From: Leucoraja erinacea
Lineage: Eukaryota
Assembly: GCF_028641065.1 (NCBI RefSeq)
Contig: NC_073403.1
Span: 26,412,001 to 26,476,000 of the forward strand
Length of the DNA stretch: 64,000 nt
Direction: 5' to 3'
The notes under the pieces are model-generated. The model had not been told where the DNA came from. It searched no databases and was given only the letters and a program-made list of their open reading frames with translations. Shown piece by piece: positions 11,111 through 23,247 of this stretch. How positions within the stretch are numbered: position 1 is the first letter of the stretch; each line of letters opens with the position of its first letter. The position numbers and the translations under genes are program-made.

Positions 11111-13074
11111 TGAATCTGAATATAGAATCGTTTTCAGGTGAAGGCAAGGGAGAAGAGAATACTCTGCTACGTATTTAAACAGTTTCCCACAGTGAAATAA
11201 AGCTGATTACAAATGCTTACAATAGTGTGTTCCCCAGAACAGGTAACTCTTTTTTTCTTTTGTTGACCCTGTAATGTCACTCATGTTTTTGCAGCTGTAA
11301 GTGGCCATGCATTGAATGGTGGCTTGGACCTTCAGGCCTTCCCTTTGTTAGCACTGAAGGCGGCATCCTTCCTGAGTCTGAATGCCTAAAGCAGTCCCTC
11401 AATCCACATTTGCTCCTTCTCTCATTCCCTGGTCGAACTCTCTTGCTCAATCCTGTGTGCACTGGAAATGAACATTCCTCTAGCTGACGATTATTTTTCC
11501 TGTAAGTGTTTTAATAACCTTGTAATGTCAAAAAAAAAATGCTCTTCAAATGTGTATTTAGATCAAGAATATAGATCATCAATATAGACATGGAAATTAC
11601 CAGTGCAAAGGTCAAAGACAGGCCACAAACAGTGCAGAAGGATTTTACTTGTGCCACACAACAACACAAAGAAACAATTGAGCTTCCGAAAATACACATT
11701 TAGTCTGAATAAAATTAGGAGCATTTACAGTGGGAAATAAAACTTGTGGATTTTTTCTTTCTCTTTGCAAAGAAGGAATTGCATTAAAGGGTTTATCTTG
11801 CTTTACAAGTTAATGCAGCATATTATATTGATTTAACATTTCTAAATTTCCAGCGGCAGCTTTGCAATAAAATCAGAATATAATGCGATCAATAATGCAT
11901 CAGAGAAATATTTTTACAATGTTCGTGTAAATAACTTGATAGAAGCAGGAAATTAGATTATTCGCTTTCCTGTAATGAACCTATTTTTATTCCAAACAAT
12001 TTCAGCATCGGAGAATTAACCTGTATGGACAAGATGAAATCAATAACTGTTAGGGCTTTAGTAACCTACAGTTCCTTTGGAACAACTATGATTGCTTTTA
12101 AAATCAATATATTGCTCTGCAGCTAATTACCGATACACGTTTTAGAATCCTGCAGTTCCCTCCAACAGCAATTCATTCTTAAAAGCTTTCTGCATGCTGT
12201 TCAATAGCTAAATACGCTTTCATAAAGATGTTTCCACCTGAGGTGATGGTATTTGCTTGGCTTGGTCTGAAATATAGGGGCTGAAACTGCTGGCCTATAT
12301 TTGATTTATAGATCATTTTGAGAAGAGTTTAAATGCTGCAGTAATGAACAGATCTTGCACCATAGCACAAGTGAATTGATGGTAAATTGCCTGCTATTTA
12401 AGTCATTTTTTAATTATCGCTTGTCCAAATGGAAGCAGATTTATTTTCGCAGCAGATTGAAGCTTTAAAGCTTTTTGAGAAATGGGGCCTTTTCCTCTCG
12501 CCGATTGTCTCTTCTTGTCTCTTCAATGCGTGGATTCATGCTGGATTGTATCAATGGTCAGGATCGATCCTCAGCCACCTCACTGAAGCACAAAGCCATA
12601 TAATGCACAAGTTGCACTTCCCTAACTTAACCATTGCAGAGTAGGAATATCACGCATTACGAGGATTTAACCAAAGGTAAGCAGGTCACGGAGGCTCCAT
12701 GGATCGAATTAAGCAACAGATGTAAGACTAGAGTGGGGAGTAGGGTATAGGTCCCCTGGTAGTAGCTGTAAAATGGCAGAATATATTAGAGGTTCGAGAA
12801 CAGTGCAGCAAAGGAAATGCGGCCCTAATATGCATTTAAAATTTGATATGGAGGGGGTAAGCAAAAATTTCAGAAGAATGATATATTCCATGAACATGTC
12901 GGGACAGATTTTTGGTACAACTTATCATAGAACCAACAAGTTGATAGGCCATACATAAATGTAATATTGTTTAATGAATTAAATATATCCAATAAACTGA
13001 TAAAATGCATCAGCATTTTCCAATGGCAGCAGTGATATGCTAGAATTCAATCACTCAAAAAGGTGAAAGTAGAC

Positions 13075-13555
13075 TTCATAGAGTCGTACAGCACAGAAAC
13101 AGGCCCTTCAGCCCAACTCGGCCATACCGACCAAGATGCCCAATCTAAGCTAGTCCCATTTGCCCACATTTGTCCATATCTCTCTAAACATTTCCTATCC
13201 ATGGAGCTGTCCAAATGTCTTTTAAATGGTGTTAACTACCTCCAAATGCCTCAACTACCTCATTTGGCAGCTCATTCCAAATACCCACCATCATCTGAAT
13301 GAAAAAATTGCCCATCACTTTTCTTTCCCCTCTCAACTTAAACCTATGTCTTCGGGTTCTTGATTCCCCTATCCCAGGTAAAAGACTGTGCAGTCACCCT
13401 ATCAATTCTCTTATTGATTTCATACACCTGGATAAGATCACCCCTTAGCTTCCTGCACTCCAAGGAAGAAAATCCTAGCTTACCTAAACTCCCCCTATAG
13501 CTCTGGGCCTCGAATCCTGGCAACATCCTCGTAAATCTTCTCTGCACTCTTTCGA
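13075..13555 (-). mobile_element. HER1-type CR1 LINE 3' end (tail shared with HE1 SINE)
   Basis: ORF 13344-13547 QRRFTRMLPG...LRGDLIQVY; terminus ACAGCACAGAAACAGGCCCTTC matches the SINE tail. Confidence 0.8.
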
Positions 13556-13851
13556 CCTCAATTAGAAATTACAATCCTATATCTAGACTGACTAAGCAAG
13601 AAGTGACAATGCCCACAGTAATATAAACAGCCCATTGATAGATAAAATAACAAATCTACGGAATAGTTCAAAAAATAATATAAAATGATTTGGAATCATT
13701 TATACTCCTAAGAGACAAGAGCTTTACTAGGAGATGGCAGAAGAAGTAAGAGACCATACTAAAAACACAATACTAAGAAGTAAGAACTATAACAGGAACA
13801 CAATATTAAAATAAAAATACATAAACAATTGTACTAAAATTACAGGTGCCT

Positions 13852-14162
13852 GGTTTAGTTTAGAGTTTAGAGTTAGAGCATAGAAACAGGTTCTTCGGCT
13901 CACCGAGCCCATGCCAACCATTAATCACTCGTTCACGCTAGTTATCTTCCTACACACTAGGGGGATATTTTGACAGAGGCCAAGTAACCTACAAACTCAT
14001 ACGTCTTTGGGATGTGGGAGCAAACCGGAGCACCTGGAGGAAACCCATGCGGTCACGGGGAGAACATGCAAACTCCACGCAGGCAGCACCCAAGGTCAGG
14101 ATCAAACCCGAGTCTCTGGCGCTGTGAGGGGGCAGTTCTACCATTGCACCACTGTCTCGCCC
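13852..14162 (-). mobile_element. HE1-type V-SINE
   Basis: Tail, V-core and tRNA head all visible in reverse complement. Confidence 0.85.
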
Positions 14163-14440
14163 TAAGCGATGTGAAGAAATCCTAAGAAAAGAGAAAACAG
14201 ACAGAAAACAGACAATAAAAATGTAAACCTGCAAAGCGAGTGATGAATAGAATCAGAGGTCTCTCAAAACTGACACCGGGACATTTAAAAAACAAATAAG
14301 GAATCAATGGACACTTAAATTACTTTGCATCAATATTCACACATGGGGAAGCAGGAGATTTACCAGAAATAGGAACACTAAATTTGAATCAGGAATTGAG
14401 ACTGACCATAAACGGATGAACAAAAATAGAAAAGACAATC

Positions 14441-15115
14441 AAGTCCAAGTTCAGTTCACATTTATTGCCACATGCACCAATTAAGGTACAGTGATATTTG
14501 AGTTACCATACAGCCATACAAGTAAAAATAACACGATGCACAATAGAATTTAACATAAACATCCACCACAGTGCAATCTGCATTCTTCACTGTGATGGAA
14601 GGCAATAAAGTTCAGTCATCTTCCTCCATTGTTCACCCGTGGCCGGGGCCTTGAACCCTCCGCAGTCGCCGCTACAGATGTTCAGGCCCTCTCGTCGGGA
14701 TGATCGAAATTCTGACGTCGGGATGGATAGGAACACACTCCGAACCGGCCACTTCTTACCGGAGACCGTGGCTTCACGGTGTTAAAGTCCACAGGCCCCG
14801 CGGTCGGAGCTCCAACACTGGTGATCCTCGACAAAGGATGCCATCATCTGCTCCGCGATGGTAAGTCCGTGCCGGGCCTGCTGCTTGAAGCTCTGAGCCA
14901 ATCTCCAGTCTGGAGAGGCCGCACCAATCCAGTTGTTAAACCGCGAGGGGGGGGCAAAGATGCAACACAGAAAAAAGTTGCATCTCCATCAAGGTAAGGG
15001 GCTGGAAATAGTTTCCCCCTGTCCCCCCCCCCCCCCACCAACATCAAACCTACCCAGAGACATTAAAACGTACATTTAGACACACTAAAAATAACAAGTC
15101 AGAAATAAACACGCA
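14441..15115 (-). mobile_element. GC-rich non-coding retroposon with Rex1-like 3' tail
   Basis: Shares core GCCTTCCATCACAGTGA..GGTGGATGTTTATGTTAA..CACTGTACC..CATGTG(G/A)CAATAAA with 41160-42050 and 43375-43835. Confidence 0.7.
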
Positions 15116-15177
15116 AGCTATTCACACCACTATGATAAATCCTCAAGATTGGATGGTTATATCCCAGATTTTAAAGT

Positions 15178-15690
15178 GTAATACAGTGTATCACTGCATT
15201 GCAAACGGTTGTGTTTCTAAAATATCGTGATTTTCACTAACGCAAACACGTGACATCATTTATTGTTTCGATCACATTTTGCATTTTTATTGGGGGATTT
15301 TTCACTCAAATAAATTCTGTAAGAGCGAATTTTTAATCCGTATCTCAATTTTTTGGGAAATTTGGAATGAAAATCTGCTCTTACAGACTCCACACAGTCA
15401 GAACCTAAGGTCAGGATCGAACCTGGATATCTGGCGCTGCGAGGCAGAAGCTCTACTGCTGCTCCATTGTGTCAGCCTAAGCTCTATTTTTCTTAATGTG
15501 AATTCCTTAAGGACGGATTTCTGTTACTCAAACTGCCATAACCAGGGGATGCACTGTATTTACACAATGTCCATGAAAATACATAATTAAATATCATAAT
15601 AATGAGGCTACTGGCCCTTGTGGTCGTACATATGCAAATGTCATTGCAAGTCTGAATGAAAGCAGATGCACAATTATATCCCAGGTTTGA
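15178..15690. repeat. Ancient ~400-bp interspersed repeat, copy B (contains an HE1 fragment at ~15380-15475)
   Basis: Colinear with 700-1100: ACAGTGTATCACTGCAT start, CTCAAATAA, GTATCTCAATT, ATTTCTGTTAC, octamer core, CAGATGCACAATTA end. Confidence 0.75.
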
Positions 15691-15699
15691 AAGAATTAA

Positions 15700-16830
15700 A
15701 GAACTATCACGTTACAGGTACCTAAACTATAACCTTCCAAAGTTCCCCTGAATCAATTCCTTTAGATTGAAAATTGCACTTGTTAATCCACTATTTAATT
15801 GAAAGGAGGACACCAGGGAATTATAGACCAGTTAGCCTACAAACATTGGGAGGAAGTTATTTGAGCCCATAATTAAGAATGTAATGACAAAATATTTTGA
15901 GTTGTAGCATGGCTTTGTGAAGGATAGGTCATGCCTGACAACCGAATAAATATTTTGACAAATTAATAAAGCCAGTGAGCTGTGTAATGTATGTGAATGT
16001 TATTTATGTGAACTTTCAGAAGGCAGTTGATGACGTTTTTCATAAGAGACTGTTGAATGTCCTTAAACTCAATGCAAATTATTAACGTGGTCAGAAGAGC
16101 AGCAGGAGACACAAGGGACGGATGTGGACATACTCAAACTGGCTGCAGATGGAGATCTGAGGTGAGGCGCCAAATATTCACTGCATTCAATAATGATTTG
16201 GATGACAATATAGAGAATAATGTGATCGCGTTTTCTAATGATACAAAGGCAGCCAGTATTGTGAGCAGCAGAAGTTGATGTGCGTAGTTCAATGAAAATT
16301 CATGGACAGTTACAAAAAGAAAGAAATAAGAATGCAGACATATAGAGCTGAATAAAATACTCATAGGTGTGCAGCTCATGCTACTTCTGCACAAAGCAAT
16401 GGTTAAACCGCCACAGATAGACACAAAGTGCTGGAGTAAATCAACGGGTCCGGCAGCATCTCTGGAGAAAAGGAATAGATTTCGGCTTGAGACCCTTCTT
16501 CAGATTGAGAGCCAGGGGAGAGAGAAACGAGAGGTATGAAAAGGTACAGAACAAATCAGAGCTGGCACTGATGGCCAAGGTGTGTGTCCCCTGACTCTCA
16601 GTCTGAAAAAGGGTCTCAACCCGAAACGTCGCCTATCCCGTTTCTCCAGAGATGCTGTCTGACCCGTTGAGTTACTCCAGCTTTATGTGCCTAACTTCGG
16701 TGAGAACCAGCATTTGCAGTTCCTTCCTACACAATGGTTAAACAACATCTGGAATACAGTTTTCAGTCTGAAGCACTCAATCTTAGAAAGAAAACATTGG
16801 CTCTGGAGGAAATGCAGCCAAGATTGATTT
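15700..16830 (+). mobile_element. Old degraded CR1 LINE (RT region); upstream part at ~15130-15177
   Basis: GGGAATTATAGACCAGTTAGCCT (GNYRPVSL), CAGAAGGCAGTTGAT, TCTAATGATACAAAG (degenerate FADDTK). Confidence 0.7.
16409..16731 (+). mobile_element. Penelope-type foldback element with hammerhead motif in each arm
   Basis: GAGACCCTTCTTCAG on the left arm, CTGAAAAAGGGTCTCAACCCGAAACGTC on the right arm; TSD CAATGGTTAAAC (16397-16408, 16732-16743). Confidence 0.8.
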
Positions 16831-16837
16831 AAAATCC

Positions 16838-16934
16838 AGTCTGAGAAAGGGTCTCCACCCGAACCGTCGCCTATTCCTTTTCTCCAGAGATACTGCCTGA
16901 CCCGCTGAGTTACTCCAGCATTTTGTGTCTATGT
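16838..16934 (+). mobile_element. Penelope-type single arm
   Basis: CTGAGAAAGGGTCTCCACCCGAACCGTC followed by the ..CTCCAGAGATACTGCCTGACCCGCTGAGTTACTCCAGCA tail. Confidence 0.7.
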
Positions 16935-17004
16935 TTACTTAAATAATTCCTGGATTCTAGTACTTAAAATAAAAGGAGGGATTGCACAAACTAGGGATGT
17001 ACTT

Positions 17005-17827
17005 GCTAGAATACATTTTCCCAGGTAGTTGACCATTCCGAGGAACCTTTGTAAGCACACGACGTCAGTAGGAACCGGCATTTCGTTGATAGCTGTAGCA
17101 TTTGATGGGTCTGGTTTGAGACCGTCACTTGTGAAAACATGTCCGACGTAAGTAACCTCTGGAACTCGAAACCTACACTTCAGCGGATTGAGTTTGAGCT
17201 GAATGTCTTTGGCACGGTCAAGTACTTTCTTCAGATTGGCGTCATGTTCAGCCAGATCGCGTCCGGAGACGAGAGTATCATCAACAATGATGGTGCATGA
17301 GCACTCTGCAAACAATTGTTCCAATAGTGCGCTGGAAAACTTCGCTGACGGAGGTGATGCCAAAGGGCATTTCAGAAATTTGTATCGGCTAAAGGGGGTG
17401 CCGAACGTAGTGAGATTGGACGAATCTGGGTCCAGTGGAATCTGCCAAAACAAGCTTTTGGCATCCACAACTGAGAATACTGCTGCGTTGCCTATCTGGG
17501 CAGCAACTTCTTCTATTGTTCATGTTGGGTAATGCGGGCATTTGATTACAGTGTTAAGATCTCTGGGGTTGATGCAGATATGAATCTCCTCCTTGTTTTT
17601 CTTTGTTGCAACCACCATGGAGGGTGGGGATCGTTGTGATGAGCGATGCAGGCATAATGAGTGTAGTCACGTTCGAAAAGACGCCAGTGTTCAGCAATGT
17701 CAGAATCAAAGATCAGAGGACTTGGATGGTGACATGAATTTGCCATGATGAAGATAATAAACACACAAAAAGAAGATAAAACCCAATAAACATGAGTGGA
17801 GTGGGCAAGATTCACTCTCTGACACCA
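17005..17827 (-). mobile_element. Ty3/Gypsy internal remnant: PBS, gag N-terminus fused to RT fragment
   Basis: RT motifs DAKSLFWQIPL, TTFGTPFSRYKF, IIVDDTLV, KCRF..VTYVGH, LQRFLGMVNY; gag-like MANSCHHPSPLIFDSDIAEHWRLFE; PBS TGGTGTCAGAGAGTG (17813-17827) resembling the complement of a tRNA-Leu 3' end. Confidence 0.9.
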
Positions 17828-18031
17828 TGTAATGAGCAGACTCAAACACACATGAAGGTACAACACATGTTTATTAAATCTACTTACAGCAAGGATCTGC
17901 AGACATTACATCTCCGAGCTGCTACTCATACTAACTAGCGTAAGCAAGCTCTTGATAGTATAAAGCACATAATAGGCAGAGTCACTACTAACAAGCACTA
18001 TAATTGGTGAGTATGAAATAGCCAATCTACA
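17828..18031 (-). mobile_element. Gypsy 5' LTR (~204 bp)
   Basis: Minus strand begins TGTA and ends TACA, contains AATAAA, and is immediately followed by the PBS. Confidence 0.75.
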
Positions 18032-18065
18032 GCGATGTTTCAAATCGGGACCCTTCTTCAGACAA

Positions 18066-18795
18066 TGAGTTAATTATTGACTTCAGGAAGAGATAACTAC
18101 GGATCCATGAGCCTGTCTTCATTGAAGACTGGGGAGAGAGTTAACAACTTCAAGTTCGTGAGCGTGCATATCTCTGCCCTGGGCCCAACACATTGATGCA
18201 GTCACAAAGAAAGCCCATCAATACCTCTACTTACTCAGATGATTGAATAGATTTGCTACGTCATTGAAAACTCTCTCGAACTTCAACAGATGTACGGTCG
18301 CGAGCATTCCGACTGGTTGCATCATGGTCTGGCTCAGAAACATGAACATCCAAGAAGCAAGGAGGCAGCTTCAAGTGGCAGACATTGCCTGGTCCATCAC
18401 AGGTACTGACTTTCCCCACCGTCCAAATGATCTGCTGGAGATACTGCCTCAGAAAAGCAGCTACTATTGTCAAAGGCCCACACCACCCTGGCCATGCTTT
18501 CATCTCACTACTACCATAAGGAAGAAGTTATAAAAACCTGAAAACCATGACTTCCAAGTCCCAGCAACCATCAGGCTCTTGAACGCTGCATAACACTAGC
18601 CTCAAACCCTACTTCAGCAATCATGATCTACTATGGACTTTGATTTGGTTGCACTACAGACTCCGGTTTTCCCCTATGATGGTCCGGTTACCTGGTATTA
18701 CTGATTATTAATTTATTGCATTATTGATTACCCTATATTTATTTGCATTGATGGGCCTGTAAAGATGCAGCAAGGAATCATTCACTGCTTCATTG
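18066..18795 (+). mobile_element. Rex1/Babar LINE fragment
   Basis: ELIIDFRK, FKF..VHIS, KTLSNFNRCTVASIPTGCIMVW motifs and 3' UTR. Confidence 0.8.
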
Positions 18796-19789
18796 CCAGC
18801 ATCATCTGTGGAAGTTAGTATTTCAGGTTGAAGATCCTTCATCAGAACTATTTTTGGATTAACATTTAAAATCGAGGTCTTGGTGTCATAGGATGCACAA
18901 GTACAACATTCCTTCCTGTCTAAAGGATATTGAGATAAAGTACTCCTACGAATATATTAAGCAGGTTTCTGTCAGAGCTGAGCAGTTCCTAGTGTTATCG
19001 AGGCATGCATAATAAACAAAATAAATACCATTGATTGTAAATCTACACAGTGCATCATTTTTACATTTGGTGGGAGCAGCAAAAATTTAATACAAAATCA
19101 CACTTTAAATGTTGGGGCAAACAGGGCAACCATGTAGATACCTGTTATAGATTAAGATTTCCTTTTCATGTGGTTCTCTGGAATTTCCCCATTTTAGAAA
19201 CACTACCAATCCAAAAAGATTTTGTTTTAAAGTCTGTCAACAACACCCCCCACTGTAACACTGTGACTTTACACAAGCTTTGATGTTGCATAAATTATCC
19301 ACAGCTATTTCACTTAAGGGAACAATTAAGAATTTTTAAAAATCCATTGCGTGCTTTTGATCCATCTCTGAAAAGAAAGCATTATGAAGCGCTTTTAGCT
19401 TCTCCTTGAGGTTGCTGTGGGCAGTAGTCTTGGACTGCAGTCAACATTTCAGCATCGTGAACATGTTACGCTAGTTAATGGAGACACTGGGAGAGAGCAC
19501 AGGAAATGGACATCAATTCCTTCCACTCTCGTAATGAAACACTGCGCCACTGATTCAGAAACAGCACTTTCCACTTAGTTACTGCTTCAGTCAAGTGGCA
19601 TTAAAATGCTTTGTTCTCTTTTGCTGAGACGTCCTTCCTCTTGCTTCTATAATGATCTTCCAGATGTCTGGAGGGGGTCAGGACACACGGAGAATTCATC
19701 ACCAGTTCAATATAGGTTTCTATAGTCTGACGGGATAATTCAATTGTATTTGTATCCTTTGTTTCTGAGTCTGAACTCTTTGAGTTTGG

Positions 19790-20212
19790 ATGTTGGCTGC
19801 AACCTTCCCCCCATTGATGAAATGTACACTGCAAGGGCCAGGAAGTGAGCGGATAAGATCATCTCCGACCCCTCTCACCCTGGCTACAAACTCTTTGAAG
19901 CACTTCCCTCTGGAAGGCGACTCCGAACTGTCAAAGCCGCCACAGCCAGACATAAACACAGCTTTTTTCCACGAGCAGTAGCTCTACTCAATAACCAAAA
20001 GTCTGTAGCCTCCTTTTGTGCTGGTATTTTATTTCATTCACATGTTTAAACTATAATGCTTAATTCTTAATGTTTTAATGTGTTTTATTCTTTATGGTTT
20101 ACAGTATGTCGTGATGTTACTTGCGAGTGGAGCACCAAGGCAAATCCCTTGTATGTGTACATACTTGGCCAATAAACTTATTCAATCATTCATCATTCAT
20201 TCATTCATTCAT
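19790..20212 (+). mobile_element. Rex1/Babar LINE 3' end with (TTCA)n tail
   Basis: Encodes DPSHPGYKLFEALPSGRRLRTVKAATARHKHSFFPRAVALLN; AATAAA then (TTCA)n. Confidence 0.85.
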
Positions 20213-20759
20213 TATTATTCCCCAACTCTTAATTCCCAAACTCCAAAATGTGAGACCTATTGCACGGTACATTTTGAATAACTTTTAGGCGAGGCCATTT
20301 CCTGTGCATCACCAAGGTTCCAGGGCAGCACAGTGGTAAAGTTGCTGCCTTTACCACTGCGTCAATGTGGACTTGGTGGGCTGAGGGCCTATTTCTATGC
20401 TGCATTTGTAAACTAAAATTGCTCTGGAGTGTGACTGCTACATAAGTGACATTATTCCAGAATACATCAGATTGGGTAACATAGGGATCATTCAAATTTA
20501 AGATAGCATACAATAAATAAATTATCCCAGTGCCATAGGAAACCTGCGGCACTCTCTGAACATCATCATAATTTATAATGGTTTGACTAAACAGGTCAAG
20601 ATTAGACCCACGGTAGCTAGGCAATGTATTTTCCTAACACTGTGTTCCACCTACATAACCGTTTCCATACTCTCTCTAAAATTTAAACTAAAACTTCACA
20701 ACAAGTATATATTCCTTTAAGACATTAAAGCACAGCAGGAAAAATGGTTTTCCACTCAG

Positions 20760-21385
20760 TCAATGGAGAAGTTATAGAATTAGATACTAGGAAGAGCCTT
20801 ATAACAATGCCATAAAATGCAGTAAGCATAAAAGATTGGGAGAATTTCAGAATTTGGCAATGAAGAACAAAATCATTAAGAAAGTGAAGATAAAATATAA
20901 AACAATTTAGTGAGGAACATAAAGCAGATTGTAAAGATCACTAAAGATATATAAAAAAAAGAAACATAATCAAAAGTTAATTTGACTTCCTTACAGTTAA
21001 AGGGAGGACATTATATTGGAAATAAAGAAATAGCAGAAAAATCATTGGAGATTTTGAATCTGTTTGGAATGGTTCACACACATTGGAATGTCATGAATGT
21101 AACCCCATTATTTAAGAAAAAGAGGAGTGAAAAAACATGGAATATTGCATCAGTTAACCTTGCATCAGCAGTAGGAAAATGTTCTAATCAATTATAAAGG
21201 AAACAGCCATGAAAATATTAATAAGATTGGACAGAGTTGTGCTGGATCTATGAAAGGGAAATCATGTTTGACAAATCTGTTGGAGTATTTTTTAAGGTTG
21301 TAACAAGCAGAATAAATAAAATAGATAGCAATGGATAATCACTCAGAATGTTCACCAGATTGATTCATGAGACGCAGAAATAGAC
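20760..21385 (+). mobile_element. Old degraded CR1 fragments
   Basis: [25 protein letters not shown]; ATGAAAGGGAAATCATGTTTGACAAATCTG (MKGKSCLTNL). Confidence 0.7.
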
Positions 21386-21391
21386 TTTTGG

Positions 21392-21792
21392 ACTTTAGAG
21401 ATACAGCGCGGAAACAGGCCCTTTGGCCCGCCGAGTCTGTGTCAAACAGCGATCACCCCATACACTAACACTATCCTACACACTAGGGATAATTTACAAT
21501 TTTACCGAAGTCAATTAACCTACAAACCTGTACGTCATTCCTCACTAAATTATTTTATATTTTATCTTCACTTTCTCAATGATTTTGTTCTTCTTTGCCA
21601 AATTCTGAAATTCTCCCAATCTTTTATGCTTACTGCATTTTATGGCATTGTGGGAAGAAACCGAAGCACCGGGAGAAAACCCAGGCAGCCACAGGGAGAA
21701 CGTACGAACTCCTTACAGATAGCACCTGTTGACAGGATTGAATCCAGGTCTCTGACGCTGTGTGGCAGCAACTCTACCATTACGCCACTGTA
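21392..21792 (-). mobile_element. HE1-type V-SINE interrupted by a 114-bp inverted copy of nearby DNA
   Basis: SINE is colinear on both sides of 21538-21651, which is the reverse complement of 20804-20917. Confidence 0.85.
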
Positions 21793-21964
21793 ATTGTTCT
21801 ATGGCGAGAAATAAGCGATACTGCCATGAGTTAAGAAGAATGAGAAAGAGCCACATTGAGACATCAAATTCTTATCGTGCTTATCAGGGTGAATAAGAAG
21901 ACAACATATGCAGAACCAGCTGTCAGTTTCAATGTAAGAAGGCAGCCATTTAGAAGTAAGATGA

Positions 21965-22265
21965 ATATTGAATAGTACTGTACAGCACAGGAACAGGCTG
22001 TTCAACCCACGATGTCTGTGCCAAACATAATGCCAAGGTAAACTAATCCTTTCTGCCTGTACGAGATTCATCTCCCTCCATTCCCTGCATATGCAAAAGC
22101 ATTTAAAATATCACTAACATATCTGCCTCTACCACCATTGCTGGCAGTGCATTTCAGGCACCCACCACCCACTGTGTAAAAAACTTGCCCTGCGCATTTT
22201 TACACTTTGTCCCTTTCACCTTGAAGATATGCCCTCTAGTCCTTGACATTTCCACCCTGGGAAAA
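21965..22265 (-). mobile_element. CR1 LINE 3' end
   Basis: GTACAGCACAGGAACAGGC tail; CCACCACCCACTGTGTAAAAAACTTGCC..ATGCCCTCTAGT similar to other CR1 3' ends. Confidence 0.7.
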
Positions 22266-22682
22266 AGCTGAGGAATAAGGTTGGAAGCGAGAGACGGGTG
22301 AATCTTGGGAATTCTAAAGTTGAAACATGTTGTTATTGGTTTTTAAAGTAATTTTTAATTCATCAATTGCAAGCAATTATTCAAAAACTTTAACAATATA
22401 AATTGTTACTATACAGATTACAATACAAATTGTAAATATATATTGCAGGTCCCACTGCACCCTTCCAAAGCTTTCTAGAATCTACTCACTCCCCTCTAAC
22501 TCAACTGAAGACTTAGATCACTACTCCGTCCCATCGCGTGCAGTGGACAGAACACATCGAGCATATCATTACTGGGCCCTCTGGCTGCACCAGTGGCAGT
22601 GATTACCTTGTGACCCAGACTACGGCTGGAGAATGTTCTCATTGTCTGCTCATTGACTGCTGTTTCAGCACCAACACACTAA

Positions 22683-22981
22683 AGGGCCTGGCCCACTAGA
22701 CGAGTTTACCCAAGAGCTCTCCCAAGTTTAAAAAAAAATCAAACTCGTGGTAAGTACGTAGAATGTACGTGGCGGGTACGTCGGAGCTCGGGACATCTCT
22801 TAGTGGCTCATAATGCTAACAGCAGGTACTCGGGAAACGAGGTAAGTTTGTGAAGGCATGTTGAAAAATGCCCACGAGAGCCCCGAGTACCTACGAGCGG
22901 CTATTACCATAATTCTCCGAGTTCGAATCAGGGGAAACTCGGGAGAACTCTTGAATTACCTCGTACAGTGGGACAGGCCCT
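22683..22981. mobile_element. MITE, Harbinger-like, type B
   Basis: TIR AGGGCCTGGCCCACT...AGTGGGACAGGCCCT, flanks TAA/TTA; homologous to 9239-9543. Confidence 0.8.
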
Positions 22982-23014
22982 TTACTGTTTCAGGTACCCC
23001 TTGCATGCATAAAC

Positions 23015-23140
23015 TGCATGAAAAAGTGTCCCAACCCGAAATGTCACCTATCCATTCCTTCCACGGGTGCTGCCTGACCTGCTGAGTTCCTCCAGCACTT
23101 TGTGTTTTATGCAAGGTTTTAGCATCTGCAGTTCCTCATA
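23015..23140 (+). mobile_element. Penelope-type single arm
   Basis: ..AACCCGAAATGTCACCTATCC..GCTGCCTGACCTGCTGAGTTCCTCCAGCAC..GCATCTGCAGTTCC. Confidence 0.65.
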
Positions 23141-23247
23141 CTTCCAGAGTTAACTGTTCACCCAACTGCAGAGGTAATCCATAGGACAAGCATTCATTGA
23201 CTACTCTGACAAATGAGCATTTTGGTTATAAAATGCAAATATATTGT

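Noticed and set aside
11320-11420. KCGLRDCFRHSDSGRMPP resembling the delta-protocadherin CM2 motif
   Set aside because: The conserved Cys/Trp positions of GHSDxCWMP are missing, so the similarity is too weak for a gene call.
12640-12676. Possible 37-nt plus-strand exon (CTAAC..TTGCAG / AAG|GTAAGC)
   Set aside because: Isolated, weak pyrimidine tract, branch point unusually close to the AG, and no partner exons. Chance occurrence is plausible.
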